Virus record (IMG/VR): IMGVR_UViG_3300035698_019895
Location: 22,491 to 86,490 of that record
DNA length: 64,000 nucleotides
Strand: one strand, 5' to 3'
Origin: a virus
Shown: piece by piece, positions 51,463-61,323 of the stretch
Numbering within the stretch: the first letter of the stretch is position 1
How the letters are laid out: each line of letters begins with the position of its first letter
Made by a program: the position numbers and the translations under genes
The notes under the pieces: generated by a model
What the model saw: the letters and a program-made list of their open reading frames with translations, nothing else
Database searches by the model: none
Told to the model about the DNA's origin: nothing

Positions 51463-51829
51463 ATAATTATGAAAAGAAAAATAGAAGATTTTATTTTAGT
51501 AGTTGATGCTTTTGGTCCCATGCCCATGTGGTCGTTACAACACCCTATTAAAGAAGCAAAAGACAGTTTTATGATTGTACAAATCTTAGATACACCAAAG
51601 AAGAAATGGCCACAATGGTTTAAAAGATTATGGAAAGTTGAGCAATTTTGTAATAAACTTAGTAAAGATTTAATGGATGTTCAAGCATATATTACAGGAG
51701 TTGTAACTTATTCAAACAAGTATCGTGAAGAGAAATGTAAACATATTACTAATCTTAAAATTGAGTTTATTGATATAAGAGGATTCTATCCAACAAAAGA
51801 GGAAGAACTCAAATCATAAAGGAAATCAT

Positions 51830-52252
51830 ATGAAGAAAATATATACTTATGGCGCCTTTGATTTGCTCCATCCAGGGCATATAAAACTTTTAGAAGGAGC
51901 CAGAAAATTAGGAAATTATCTAATAGTTGGTATAGTAGCTGATGAAGCAATCAAAGAATTAAAAGGAAATGATAGACCGATTCAGTCACAAGAAGATAGA
52001 GCTTACATCATAGAAAGCTTATCTTGTGTTGATGAAGTTATATTACAGGATGGATATGACCCCTCTCGTTATTTGAAAGAATATGAAGGAAAAATTGATT
52101 TTCTAGTTAAAGGAGATGATTGGGAATATATTCCAGGCACAGAAACAATCCATGAATTGGGTGGAGTATTAATTAAATTATCATATAGCAAAGAATATTC
52201 AACAAGTAGTATGGTAAATAAAATAAAAAATAATGATAATTCTGTCGAATAA
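51830..52252 (+). CDS. Cytidylyltransferase (TagD/RfaE-like)
   Basis: G.FDLLHPGH, VG...D, KG..RP, KGDDW, STS. Confidence 0.9.
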   Translation: MKKIYTYGAFDLLHPGHIKLLEGARKLGNYLIVGIVADEAIKELKGNDRPIQSQEDRAYIIESLSCVDEVILQDGYDPSRYLKEYEGKIDFLVKGDDWEYIPGTETIHELGGVLIKLSYSKEYSTSSMVNKIKNNDNSVE

Positions 52253-52763
52253 TTTAAAAGGTAGAATACCTATTCCAAAAGATATTGTAATAAGAGTTAA
52301 TATGGCTTGGATTAAAACTCAACTAAAATTGGATAATATTATAAGAAATATTAAACAAGATATATTTTTAGATTTTCCTAAAGGAAGAACTAAACCTCCA
52401 ATGCCTATTTTAAAGATAGAAGATGCTTTAGTTATGATGAAAAGATATAATCATATTAAATATTTTGCTATTTCTAATGCTGAAGATATAAGTACAATGA
52501 TATATTTACGAGAGGTAATTCCAAAACACATAACTATAGTGCCTAAAATAGAAACAATGTTAGGAATAACAAATTTTGAAATCTTGATGAAAACTGCTAA
52601 TAGTAAAATTGCAATGTTAGATAAAGAAGATTTATATCTAGATGTAAAAAGGAGAAATAGTGCATTTAATATTTTTGTTCGAAAAATAAGAAAAATATGT
52701 AAAAAAACAAATATTATATTATTAGAATTACAAGGAGTAATTTTTGAAGAAAAACATAAATGA
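52233..52763 (+). CDS. Minimal pyruvate kinase / HpcH-like barrel protein
   Basis: RVN.A, LD.P.GR.K, IVPKIET..G..N, D.EDL resemble the PEP/pyruvate barrel. Confidence 0.55.
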   Translation: MIILSNNLKGRIPIPKDIVIRVNMAWIKTQLKLDNIIRNIKQDIFLDFPKGRTKPPMPILKIEDALVMMKRYNHIKYFAISNAEDISTMIYLREVIPKHITIVPKIETMLGITNFEILMKTANSKIAMLDKEDLYLDVKRRNSAFNIFVRKIRKICKKTNIILLELQGVIFEEKHK

Positions 52764-53373
52764 AGAAGTAAAATTCACCTCTAAAAATCCTATCTGGGAA
52801 CATGGACAACTGGGAGGTTTAGGAAGACCTATAGATAGAGATGTTCTATTTAGAAATTTAATAGAATTGCGTGATATATTAAACAAACATAAAATCAAAT
52901 GGTGGTTATCACATGGCACTATGTTGGGAGCTTATAGAGAAAATAATTTCATAGCTTGGGATGATGATGCTGATATAGGATTAGATATGAAATATCGAGA
53001 TAGAATTTATCCAGCTATAGAAGAAGCTAGAGAAGCAGGTTTCTTCGTACCACCAGAAGCTATAAAAGATACAATAGTATTACCCAGTCTTTGTCCGTAT
53101 TATGACACTGTTTTTATTAGAGATGGAGAAAAAATAGAGGGTTGGTGGTATGATAGAAAGATAGAAAAAGATGGAGCTTATTATATTTATGATGAAGTAA
53201 GAGAAGGAAATAAACTTAAACATGAAGCAAAATATTATGATATATTAAAAACTTTTGAATTCAGAAAAAAAATATTTCCAATACCAAATCATCTATATGA
53301 TTGGATTGTCATGATGTATAATGAAGATTGGGATATTCCAAATAAAAAGAAAAAATATAATTGGCAAGGATAA
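52744..53373 (+). CDS. LicD-family phosphotransferase
   Basis: GTMLGAYRE..FI.WDDDADIG. Confidence 0.85.
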   Translation: MKKNINEEVKFTSKNPIWEHGQLGGLGRPIDRDVLFRNLIELRDILNKHKIKWWLSHGTMLGAYRENNFIAWDDDADIGLDMKYRDRIYPAIEEAREAGFFVPPEAIKDTIVLPSLCPYYDTVFIRDGEKIEGWWYDRKIEKDGAYYIYDEVREGNKLKHEAKYYDILKTFEFRKKIFPIPNHLYDWIVMMYNEDWDIPNKKKKYNWQG

Positions 53374-53377
53374 ACAA

Positions 53378-54475
53378 ATGAAATTTATATTAAAAAAAGA
53401 ACCGTTTTTAAAAATTATTCAAACCGTCCAAAATGCTATATCAGCAAATAAAAGTTTACCAATATTAACTAACATATTACTGGAAGCTGATAAAAATACT
53501 TTAAGACTTACAGCAACAGATTTAGAAATAAACATATCATCAGTTATATCTCTAAAAGCAGAAGTTGCAGGAGCTGTGATTGTCCCAGCAAAACAACTTC
53601 TTGATATTATAAAAGAATTACCTGATAAACAAGATATTACTGTAACTGTCAATGAGAAATATAAAGTAATACTAGAATGTAATAAAATAGTATTTAAAAT
53701 AGCAGGACTTCCTCCTGATGAATTTCCTAAAACATTATCGTTTAAAAATAAAGATTCGATAGAAATAGAACAAAAATTATTAAAAGAACTTATTTCAAAG
53801 ACAAGTTTTGCAATAAGTCATGATGAAACTAATCATATTTTAAGCGGATTACTTTTAGAAATAAAAAATAAAAATATAAAGATGGTTGCAACAGACGGTC
53901 GTAGAATTGCAATGATAGAAAGAAAGATGTCTCAAAAATCATTAACAGAGAGAAATCTAATAATACCTGTCAAAACAGTTCAAGAACTAAAAAAAATGTT
54001 AAAAGAAGTAGATAAAATTAAAATTCTCTTTGATAAAAATCACATACAATTTTTAACAGAAAACACGAGTATAACAACTCTTCTTATAGAAGGAAACTTC
54101 CCAAATTATAACCAGGTAATACCTTCTGAAATAAAAACTAAAATAAAATGTAATAAAAATAGTCTTTTGTCAGCAACAAAAAGAGCTAGTCTTTTCTCAA
54201 CTCAAGATTCTCTAGTAATAAAATTAGAATTATCACAAAACAAAATGATTGTCTCTAAAAATGCTCAATATATGGGAGAAGTAAATGAAGAAATTGATGT
54301 AGATTATACGGGTAAATCTATAACTATTGGTTTTAATCCCATATACATATTAGAAGTATTAAAAAGTATTAATGTAGAAGAAGTAAATCTTGAAATAACT
54401 GATGCAGATAAACCGGGTGTTATAAGAATAGATGACGAATTTGTATATGTTATGTTACCTATGCAATTAAATTAA
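53378..54475 (+). CDS. dnaN: DNA polymerase III beta sliding clamp
   Basis: LPILTNILL, ATDLE, VATDGRR, LIEGNFPNY..VIP, IGFN..Y, VMLPM; ATG 53378 preferred. Confidence 0.95.
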   Translation: MKFILKKEPFLKIIQTVQNAISANKSLPILTNILLEADKNTLRLTATDLEINISSVISLKAEVAGAVIVPAKQLLDIIKELPDKQDITVTVNEKYKVILECNKIVFKIAGLPPDEFPKTLSFKNKDSIEIEQKLLKELISKTSFAISHDETNHILSGLLLEIKNKNIKMVATDGRRIAMIERKMSQKSLTERNLIIPVKTVQELKKMLKEVDKIKILFDKNHIQFLTENTSITTLLIEGNFPNYNQVIPSEIKTKIKCNKNSLLSATKRASLFSTQDSLVIKLELSQNKMIVSKNAQYMGEVNEEIDVDYTGKSITIGFNPIYILEVLKSINVEEVNLEITDADKPGVIRIDDEFVYVMLPMQLN

Positions 54476-54486
54476 AGGAGATAATA

Positions 54487-55212
54487 ATGAATTTCTCAAT
54501 AGTAATACCAACATATCAAAGACATTCTAAATTAAAAAGATGTATAGATTCTATTTTAAAACAAACTCATCAAGACTTTAATATCTATCCAATGTGTGAT
54601 AATAAGGATTGGGATAGTTTTAATTACATTAAAGAACAATATAAAGATAACAATAAAATTCTTCCTTTTATAGTTATAGACCATCAATATGTTATGGGAT
54701 GTTGGAACTTATTTACTAGAGACCAAGATACTTTTGATTTAATTAAAGATGTAATGGTATGGGTAGTTGATGATACAGAATTATTACCAGATTGTTTAGA
54801 GAAGTTAAATGAAACTTTTACTAAACACTTTCCAGACAAAGATGGTATGGTAGGAATTTCTCAAGTTTATCCTCTAATGACAGAAGCTTCTTGGAAAGAA
54901 AATGGACAGTGTGTGATAGGTAAAAAATTCATAGAACGTTTTCCAGAACGTCAAGTATGTTGTCCTGATTATCAGTTTTTTTATCAGGATGAAGAAGTAT
55001 TAGAATACGCTAAATCGATAAACAAGTTTGTACTTTGTAGAGAAGCTAAACTTATTCATCATTCTGCTAATTTTTACAAAATAGAAATGGACGAAACTCA
55101 TAAAATTCCTAGAGATAATGTTAAAAGTGAGGATAAGCTAACTTATCAAAGAAGACAAAAAAGAAATTTATATTGGGGAAAAAGTTGGGAATTAATAAAT
55201 GACAAATCATGA
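54487..55212 (+). CDS. Glycosyltransferase family 2
   Basis: SIVIPTY.R, C..SI..QT, VDD, D.E. Confidence 0.85.
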   Translation: MNFSIVIPTYQRHSKLKRCIDSILKQTHQDFNIYPMCDNKDWDSFNYIKEQYKDNNKILPFIVIDHQYVMGCWNLFTRDQDTFDLIKDVMVWVVDDTELLPDCLEKLNETFTKHFPDKDGMVGISQVYPLMTEASWKENGQCVIGKKFIERFPERQVCCPDYQFFYQDEEVLEYAKSINKFVLCREAKLIHHSANFYKIEMDETHKIPRDNVKSEDKLTYQRRQKRNLYWGKSWELINDKS

Positions 55213-55337
55213 AGCCTATAATTTAATAAAACGAACTAAATACTCTATAAGAGATTATAAATTACTTGTAGCAGTTGATATGGCTTTACAAGCATTAACT
55301 TGGCAAAGCACAAATGAAATGATGAAAAAGGAACAAA

Positions 55338-56075
55338 ATGAAAATAAACATATTTAAAAGAAAAGATATTTTTAAAAAATTAATAAACTATAACAAAGAA
55401 TTTCAAAAATCATATGATATTTATAATAAATATGATAGTGAAGCAACTCCTGCTTGTCAAAAAATGACTCAAGGAAAAAGTACTTGGTGGTTCAATCCAG
55501 AACGTATCGGAGAAACAGAAACTCCTAGAATACATTTATCTGATAAACAAGGTAAACTAATTCAACAGCAACTACTTCCAGACAAAGACAACTATGTTTT
55601 ATCTATGCATGCACCAAATTATCTAGCTTTACTTTTAATTAATTTATTTTATCCTAATAAAAAAGATATTTTAATTGAAGATGCTTGTGCTGGAATGGGA
55701 ACATTAATATTCTATCTTAGTAAATGTAACTATACAAATTTCAGTATAATAGAAGATTTTTCTCAAGTTACGAAACTTTTAATGAATGGAATATTAACAA
55801 CTGCAAATATAAAATATATCTTAAACGATTTTAATACTAAACCGACTGTTATTAATATAGTAGCTTATACAACATATCCAAAAAATCATATTCCAGATTC
55901 GGTTGAACTTTTTTGTTGTTATGGAAATAGTCATGCATTAGAAACTACTGGACAAATGTTAGAAAAAACTCATGTAGAATTATGCACTGACCATAACATG
56001 ATTACTAAAGCATTTTGTAGAAAAGATAAATATGATGAATTTTACAATATAATAAAATTGTTAGAGGTTAAATAA
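55338..56075 (+). CDS. Putative SAM-dependent methyltransferase, paralog 2 of 3
   Basis: IEDACAGMG.L.FYLSK. Confidence 0.6.
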   Translation: MKINIFKRKDIFKKLINYNKEFQKSYDIYNKYDSEATPACQKMTQGKSTWWFNPERIGETETPRIHLSDKQGKLIQQQLLPDKDNYVLSMHAPNYLALLLINLFYPNKKDILIEDACAGMGTLIFYLSKCNYTNFSIIEDFSQVTKLLMNGILTTANIKYILNDFNTKPTVINIVAYTTYPKNHIPDSVELFCCYGNSHALETTGQMLEKTHVELCTDHNMITKAFCRKDKYDEFYNIIKLLEVK

Positions 56076-56080
56076 AATTA

Positions 56081-56995
56081 ATGATTAATATTTGTTTTTT
56101 TCAGAACAATATATCACATGAAAAAGTATTAATAACTTTTTCTAAAATGACACCTAGTTCTGCAGGAATTTGGAAAAATTTACAAGGAGTTGTAAATCCA
56201 GATATAGCAGATTTTCATATAGTAATAGATGAAACTAGTCTAAAAGTAGATTCTAAAAAGGCAATATATGTTGGAGGACATCCTACTAGCTGTACAGGAT
56301 ATAGTAATTTCGAAAATAGAGGTGAATATGTAGCTAAATTAGATTTAGCAGAAACTTTTGGATTTGGAGAATGGTGGTTAAAAGCAAACTATGATGAACT
56401 ATCTAGTTTACAACCTCCAAAAAAGATAAAAGACCTAAGTTGTATACTAAGTAATACTAGAGTGTTTGATTATCATAGAAAAAGAATAGAATTTATGGTG
56501 AAATTTTGCAATAAATATCTTACTAGAATAGATTTATATGGCAGAATAGTAATTGGTGAAGGGGAAAGTAGTTTACTTAATAGTTATAAAGGTCAGATTG
56601 GGGTATCTGCTGCTCATATAAATTATGAAAAGTTATATTGGTTTGGAAAAAGAAAAGCTTTAGAACCTTATAGATATGCTTTAGAATTTGATATGGGTAG
56701 AAGCCCAGAGATGGGCATATGTGAAAATTATTGGTCAGAAAGATTTTTTGATGCTATGTTACTTTGGTCAATGCCAATTTATTATGGCGGAACTAATATA
56801 CATAAATATTTACCAGAAAATTCTTTTAGATATATAGATTTATTCAATCCCGACCATACTCCAGAATATGTAATAGATATTATAGATAGTGATTTCAGAG
56901 AAAAACACATAGAAGATATGAGAGAAGCTAGACATCTATTATTAAATAAGTATCAAATATGGGCAAGAATACACGAGACAATAAGAAATCTATGA
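56081..56995 (+). CDS. GT10 (alpha-1,3-fucosyltransferase-like) glycosyltransferase, paralog 1 of 3
   Basis: DLYGR, YRYALEFD, NYWSERFFDA...W.MPIYYG. Confidence 0.78.
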   Translation: MINICFFQNNISHEKVLITFSKMTPSSAGIWKNLQGVVNPDIADFHIVIDETSLKVDSKKAIYVGGHPTSCTGYSNFENRGEYVAKLDLAETFGFGEWWLKANYDELSSLQPPKKIKDLSCILSNTRVFDYHRKRIEFMVKFCNKYLTRIDLYGRIVIGEGESSLLNSYKGQIGVSAAHINYEKLYWFGKRKALEPYRYALEFDMGRSPEMGICENYWSERFFDAMLLWSMPIYYGGTNIHKYLPENSFRYIDLFNPDHTPEYVIDIIDSDFREKHIEDMREARHLLLNKYQIWARIHETIRNL

Positions 56996-57717
56996 TAATA
57001 AATGTTTTTAAAAGCGAACTATTTCAAGAATTAAAAAAATATAATAGCGATATTATAGAAGCTTGTAAAGATATTCAATTTGAACAGAAACAGTGGTGGT
57101 TTAACCCAAAAGAATATAAGAAATATTTTATGTGTGTTCGTAATAAGAAAGAATTAGTACATGGAATAGAAAATCTAATTGATTCAGATAAATACAATTT
57201 AATATTACATCCTGCCAATTATACTAGTATCTTATTAATAAATTTATTATATTCAGACAAAAATATTTTGATAGAAGATATATGTTGTGGCATGGGAAAT
57301 TTAGCTTTTTATCTTTCTAAATGTGAATATAACAATTTTAGTTTAGTTGACGATTTTTCCCAATTACCTTATCATTTTTTACAAATATTAATGAATGCAG
57401 GGAAAGTTAATCATATAGTAAATAAACCCCCAGGTTTATTTGAACTCATTTTATTTAAAGAAACAAAACCAATAGTAGTAAATTTAGTAGGTTATCATAC
57501 TTATCCTAAAAGACGCAATGAAGCTTTTATTATATCTGACAAAACTGAATTATTTTGTTTGGAATCAGATAATAAATTACTTACTATGTTCGGAAATCAT
57601 CTTCTTCGAGGAAATTTCGTAGAATTATGTGAAGACAGTAATAGAATTACGACATCTTATTGTAGAAAAGAAAAATTTAGTGAATTTTATAATAAAATAA
57701 AACACTTAGAAATATGA
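56992..57717 (+). CDS. Putative SAM-dependent methyltransferase, paralog 3 of 3
   Basis: IEDICCGMG.L.FYLSK; ATG 56992 preferred. Confidence 0.6.
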   Translation: MIINVFKSELFQELKKYNSDIIEACKDIQFEQKQWWFNPKEYKKYFMCVRNKKELVHGIENLIDSDKYNLILHPANYTSILLINLLYSDKNILIEDICCGMGNLAFYLSKCEYNNFSLVDDFSQLPYHFLQILMNAGKVNHIVNKPPGLFELILFKETKPIVVNLVGYHTYPKRRNEAFIISDKTELFCLESDNKLLTMFGNHLLRGNFVELCEDSNRITTSYCRKEKFSEFYNKIKHLEI

Positions 57718-57923
57718 TACTTTTACAACTAGTAGCTTCTGCATTAATCATAATAGGATTAATTTTAAACACATACAAAAATAGATGGTGTTGGCCAATT
57801 TGGATATTAGGTAATATTGCACTTATTTGCTTATATTCTATTTCGAAATTATATGTAATAGTATCATTACAAGGAATTTTAATAATAATAAATATAATAG
57901 GATGGTTTAAATGGAAAACATAA
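57714..57923 (+). CDS. Small membrane protein, PnuC-like half transporter
   Basis: Three hydrophobic segments; W.WP.WI.GN, Q......N..GW..W. Confidence 0.55.
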   Translation: MILLQLVASALIIIGLILNTYKNRWCWPIWILGNIALICLYSISKLYVIVSLQGILIIINIIGWFKWKT

Positions 57924-58146
57924 ATGAAATGAGAGAAAGACATAAAAAAGAAATAGAGATTCTTGAAAACAGATGCACTCATAAAGGAAAAAAAGAATGG
58001 ATGCCATATATGTGGGCTCCTGGACATTTTGGTGGAGATGTTAAAATATGTAGATTTTGTGGAAAAATATTAAAAAGAAAAAATTCTTCTTCATTTCCTA
58101 AAATTAGTAAAAAAATAATAAAAGAAAAAGGAATGATGTTAAATTA

Positions 58147-58944
58147 ATGGAAACTCAACTAAGCGTAATAGTACCGTATACATATGGTGGACCTACTAGA
58201 GAAGGTGCTTTAAATATACTATTAGACAGTTTAAAAGCACAATTATTTCAGCCTTTTGAACTAATAGTAGTTGAAGAGGTTCTTGGAGATACAAAAGTCA
58301 CTTTTAAGGGACATGAAAGAGTTAATAGTCACATAGTATTACGAGATAATAGAAAATTTAATAAAAGCTGGATTATAAATGTTGCGGCTAGAAAAGCTAA
58401 AACTAATAGTTTATTAATTCTAGATGCAGATAGTAAAATGAGAAATACACACTTAGGGGAAGTGTTTATTTATAGAGATGCACAACCACAATTTAAATTT
58501 TTCTGTGCTTATTTATATTTGAAATTACAACCAGGAAAAGATAATCCTGTAGAAAGATTAACAAGTTTATTACACTTGCAAGCAGTAGGTGGAGCTTGGT
58601 TTTGTTATAAAGACTTCTTATTCAATACTCTCGGTGGAATGAACGAGAATTATTTCGGATATGGAGCAGAAGATAATGACATGTGGTGGAGAGTCCAATT
58701 ATGGTTTAATAAAACATTAGGAAATAATATGGCATATCCTATTCCTATGATGCCAGTCAACATGGTACATCAGTATCATGATTGGGCTCCGTTTACATCT
58801 GAAAGATATGATATGTTAAATAAAACAAGAAATCATCCAGAAATAGTAACTCAAAGATTAATTGAAGCTAATTTAGGTAAAGAATCTGGACCAACCTTAA
58901 TTGAAATAAAAGATATACCTGTAGAAACACTCTGGTATAAATAG
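58147..58944 (+). CDS. GT-A glycosyltransferase (GT2/GT7-like)
   Basis: FNKSW..N, LDAD, GGMNENYFGYGAEDND, H.YH. Confidence 0.85.
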   Translation: METQLSVIVPYTYGGPTREGALNILLDSLKAQLFQPFELIVVEEVLGDTKVTFKGHERVNSHIVLRDNRKFNKSWIINVAARKAKTNSLLILDADSKMRNTHLGEVFIYRDAQPQFKFFCAYLYLKLQPGKDNPVERLTSLLHLQAVGGAWFCYKDFLFNTLGGMNENYFGYGAEDNDMWWRVQLWFNKTLGNNMAYPIPMMPVNMVHQYHDWAPFTSERYDMLNKTRNHPEIVTQRLIEANLGKESGPTLIEIKDIPVETLWYK

Positions 58945-58953
58945 GAAAACAAT

Positions 58954-59955
58954 ATGAAAATATTATGGTTCTATCGTTTTGACTCAGATTATAATACAGA
59001 CCATTGGCTACATATGGATTTTGCAGAACACATTAAAAAATATCCTGGAGTTGAAATTAAATGTTATGGACATCTTTTACATGACATATATCCTAACTTT
59101 GTTGTAATGCCATGGAAAAAAACTATAACTATGAAAGATATAAAGAAAGAATATGATTTTGATATAATTATATTAAATACTAAAAGTAGAATGTTTGTAC
59201 AATATTTACCACCAATAAATCCAGGAAATTTACCTCATTCACATTCACCAACTTGGATGCCTAAAGATTTTGATAACTATGATTGTCCAAAGATAGTTAT
59301 AGAAGAAGATTATCATTGGGAAATAAATGATGATTGGTATGATAAAGTAGGAATAGATTTAATTATACAACGTCATTATTCCCAATCTCTTAGAAAAGGA
59401 AAAATTAAGTCTACTTGGCTTCCTTTTTCAGTAGATACTGCTGTATTTAAACCTAATGAAAATATTGATGAAAGAGAAAAAAGAATATGTTATATGGGAG
59501 GAGCTTCTGAATGTTATATTTACAGAAATAAAGTAAAAATAATAATAATGTATAGCAATTTAGGTCTAAATTTTATGACTGATTTTGGTAATACACATAG
59601 AGAAAAAAGATATGTAAAAACATTACAAAATTATAGAGCATATTTAAGTGGTTCTTCAACTGTAAATCATACACCTGCTAAAATGTTTGAAATAATGAGT
59701 TCTGGTGGATTATTATGGACTAACAAATCAGATAAATATGGGCTAAAACAATTGTTCCCAGATAATACATATGTAACTTATAATGAAGATTTTTCAGATG
59801 TAATCGAAAAAGCAGGAAAAATAGTACAAAATAAAGATTGGGCTGAAGCTATTGCACAAAAAGGAATGGAATATGTCCGAACAAATCATAATCATAAAGT
59901 TCGTATAAAACAATTAATGGATATATTGAATAAAGAATTTGGACTGTCTACATGA
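58954..59955 (+). CDS. GT-B glycosyltransferase (CgeB-like)
   Basis: WLPFSVD..VF.P, K.FE...SG.LL, IA..G...V...H....R. Confidence 0.78.
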   Translation: MKILWFYRFDSDYNTDHWLHMDFAEHIKKYPGVEIKCYGHLLHDIYPNFVVMPWKKTITMKDIKKEYDFDIIILNTKSRMFVQYLPPINPGNLPHSHSPTWMPKDFDNYDCPKIVIEEDYHWEINDDWYDKVGIDLIIQRHYSQSLRKGKIKSTWLPFSVDTAVFKPNENIDEREKRICYMGGASECYIYRNKVKIIIMYSNLGLNFMTDFGNTHREKRYVKTLQNYRAYLSGSSTVNHTPAKMFEIMSSGGLLWTNKSDKYGLKQLFPDNTYVTYNEDFSDVIEKAGKIVQNKDWAEAIAQKGMEYVRTNHNHKVRIKQLMDILNKEFGLST

Positions 59956-60509
59956 GAATTCATATATGTGCAGGAGATGTTTATCTCGAAAATTATATCA
60001 ACATAGATATAAAAGGTAAATTAGCTACTGAAGTTTCTAAAGAAGAATTAGAAAAAAACAAGACAAATATTGACAAATATTTTAAATATCCTTTTGGTGC
60101 CGTTAGAAGAGAAGTTATAGTTGATAAAAAAATGGATGTAACAAAACCTTGGAATTTCAAAGATAACTCTATAGAAGAAATTGTAGCAATATCTACAATC
60201 GAACATTTCACTTTATCAGAAGCTAAATTCATCATGTCAGAAATAAAAAGAGTATTAAAATCTGATGGACAATTGATAATAGATTTTCCAGATATAAAAG
60301 AAACAGTAAAAAAATATTTAGATATAATTCCTGAATTTTGTATGCGTCTTTTATATTGTAATCAAAAAGACAAATATTCTACTCATTTTTGGGGATATAC
60401 AAGAGAAACATTTAGAGAATTATTAGGATACGATTGGAAAGAAATAGTTTGGGGAAATGTAATAGAACACTCTTATCCCATGATAGGTACACTTTGTATA
60501 AAAATATAA
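59952..60509 (+). CDS. Class I SAM-dependent methyltransferase
   Basis: HICAG, NID, F.DNS.EEI....IEH, RVLK..G....FPD. Confidence 0.8.
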   Translation: MRIHICAGDVYLENYINIDIKGKLATEVSKEELEKNKTNIDKYFKYPFGAVRREVIVDKKMDVTKPWNFKDNSIEEIVAISTIEHFTLSEAKFIMSEIKRVLKSDGQLIIDFPDIKETVKKYLDIIPEFCMRLLYCNQKDKYSTHFWGYTRETFRELLGYDWKEIVWGNVIEHSYPMIGTLCIKI

Positions 60510-60679
60510 GGAGATAATATGGGAGTATTTGAAGAAATAAATTTAAAAATAAAGATTGAAGGACAGATAAAGACAGGAGATTTAGAAGAAGATATTAGAT
60601 TAAAAAATACATTTACTAAAGAATTAGAATTATTATGTGCCAAATATGACTTAAATCTTGAATATTTGGAGGAGGAAAT

Positions 60680-60874
60680 ATGAAACCCTACCAAAAAAGA
60701 AAAGAAGTAAAATTAATTCCATGCCCATCTTGTAAAGGAAAAGGTAGTGTTAAAGATGAGGATTCCAATGAATCTGGAATGTGTTTACATTGTGGTGGTG
60801 CAGGTGAAATTATAGATAAAATAGTTCCAGTGAATCCAATCAGACCAGGAAAAATAATAAAAAAATTAAAATAA
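60680..60874 (+). CDS. DnaJ-type zinc-finger protein
   Basis: CPSCKGKG...CLHCGGAG. Confidence 0.7.
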   Translation: MKPYQKRKEVKLIPCPSCKGKGSVKDEDSNESGMCLHCGGAGEIIDKIVPVNPIRPGKIIKKLK

Positions 60875-60882
60875 GAAAGATT

Positions 60883-61323
60883 ATGAAAGAAAAATTAGTA
60901 TGTATTTCTGGAGGATTTGACCCTATTCATATTGGACATATTAGATATATTCAAAAAGCTGCACAGTTAGGTACAAAATTATGGGCAATATTAAATACTG
61001 ACGATTTTTTGTTGAGAAAAAAAGGTTATGTTTTTATGTCTCAATCTGAAAGAAAAGAAGTTTTATGGAATATAAAAGGTATAGATAATGTAGTTTTATG
61101 TATAGATAAAGATAATACTGTTTGCAAAACATTAGAAATGATAAAACCTAATATTTTTGCGAAAGGTGGAGACAGAACAAATAATAATATTCCCGAAGCA
61201 TCTATATGTGAAAAAATAGGAATAAAAATGTATTTTGGTATAGGTGGTTATAACAAACCACAATCTAGCTCTTGGCTTATTAATAATTTATCAATGTATT
61301 TAAAGGAGAAAAAAAATATATGA
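60883..61323 (+). CDS. Cytidylyltransferase / FAD synthase-like HxGH nucleotidyltransferase
   Basis: SGGFDPIHIGH, RKKG..FM...ER, FAKGGDR, SSS. Confidence 0.88.
   Translation: MKEKLVCISGGFDPIHIGHIRYIQKAAQLGTKLWAILNTDDFLLRKKGYVFMSQSERKEVLWNIKGIDNVVLCIDKDNTVCKTLEMIKPNIFAKGGDRTNNNIPEASICEKIGIKMYFGIGGYNKPQSSSWLINNLSMYLKEKKNI

Noticed and set aside
52233-52763. PEP mutase (phosphonate pathway)
   Set aside because: Context is suggestive, but the EDK-x5-NS signature is absent and the protein is too short
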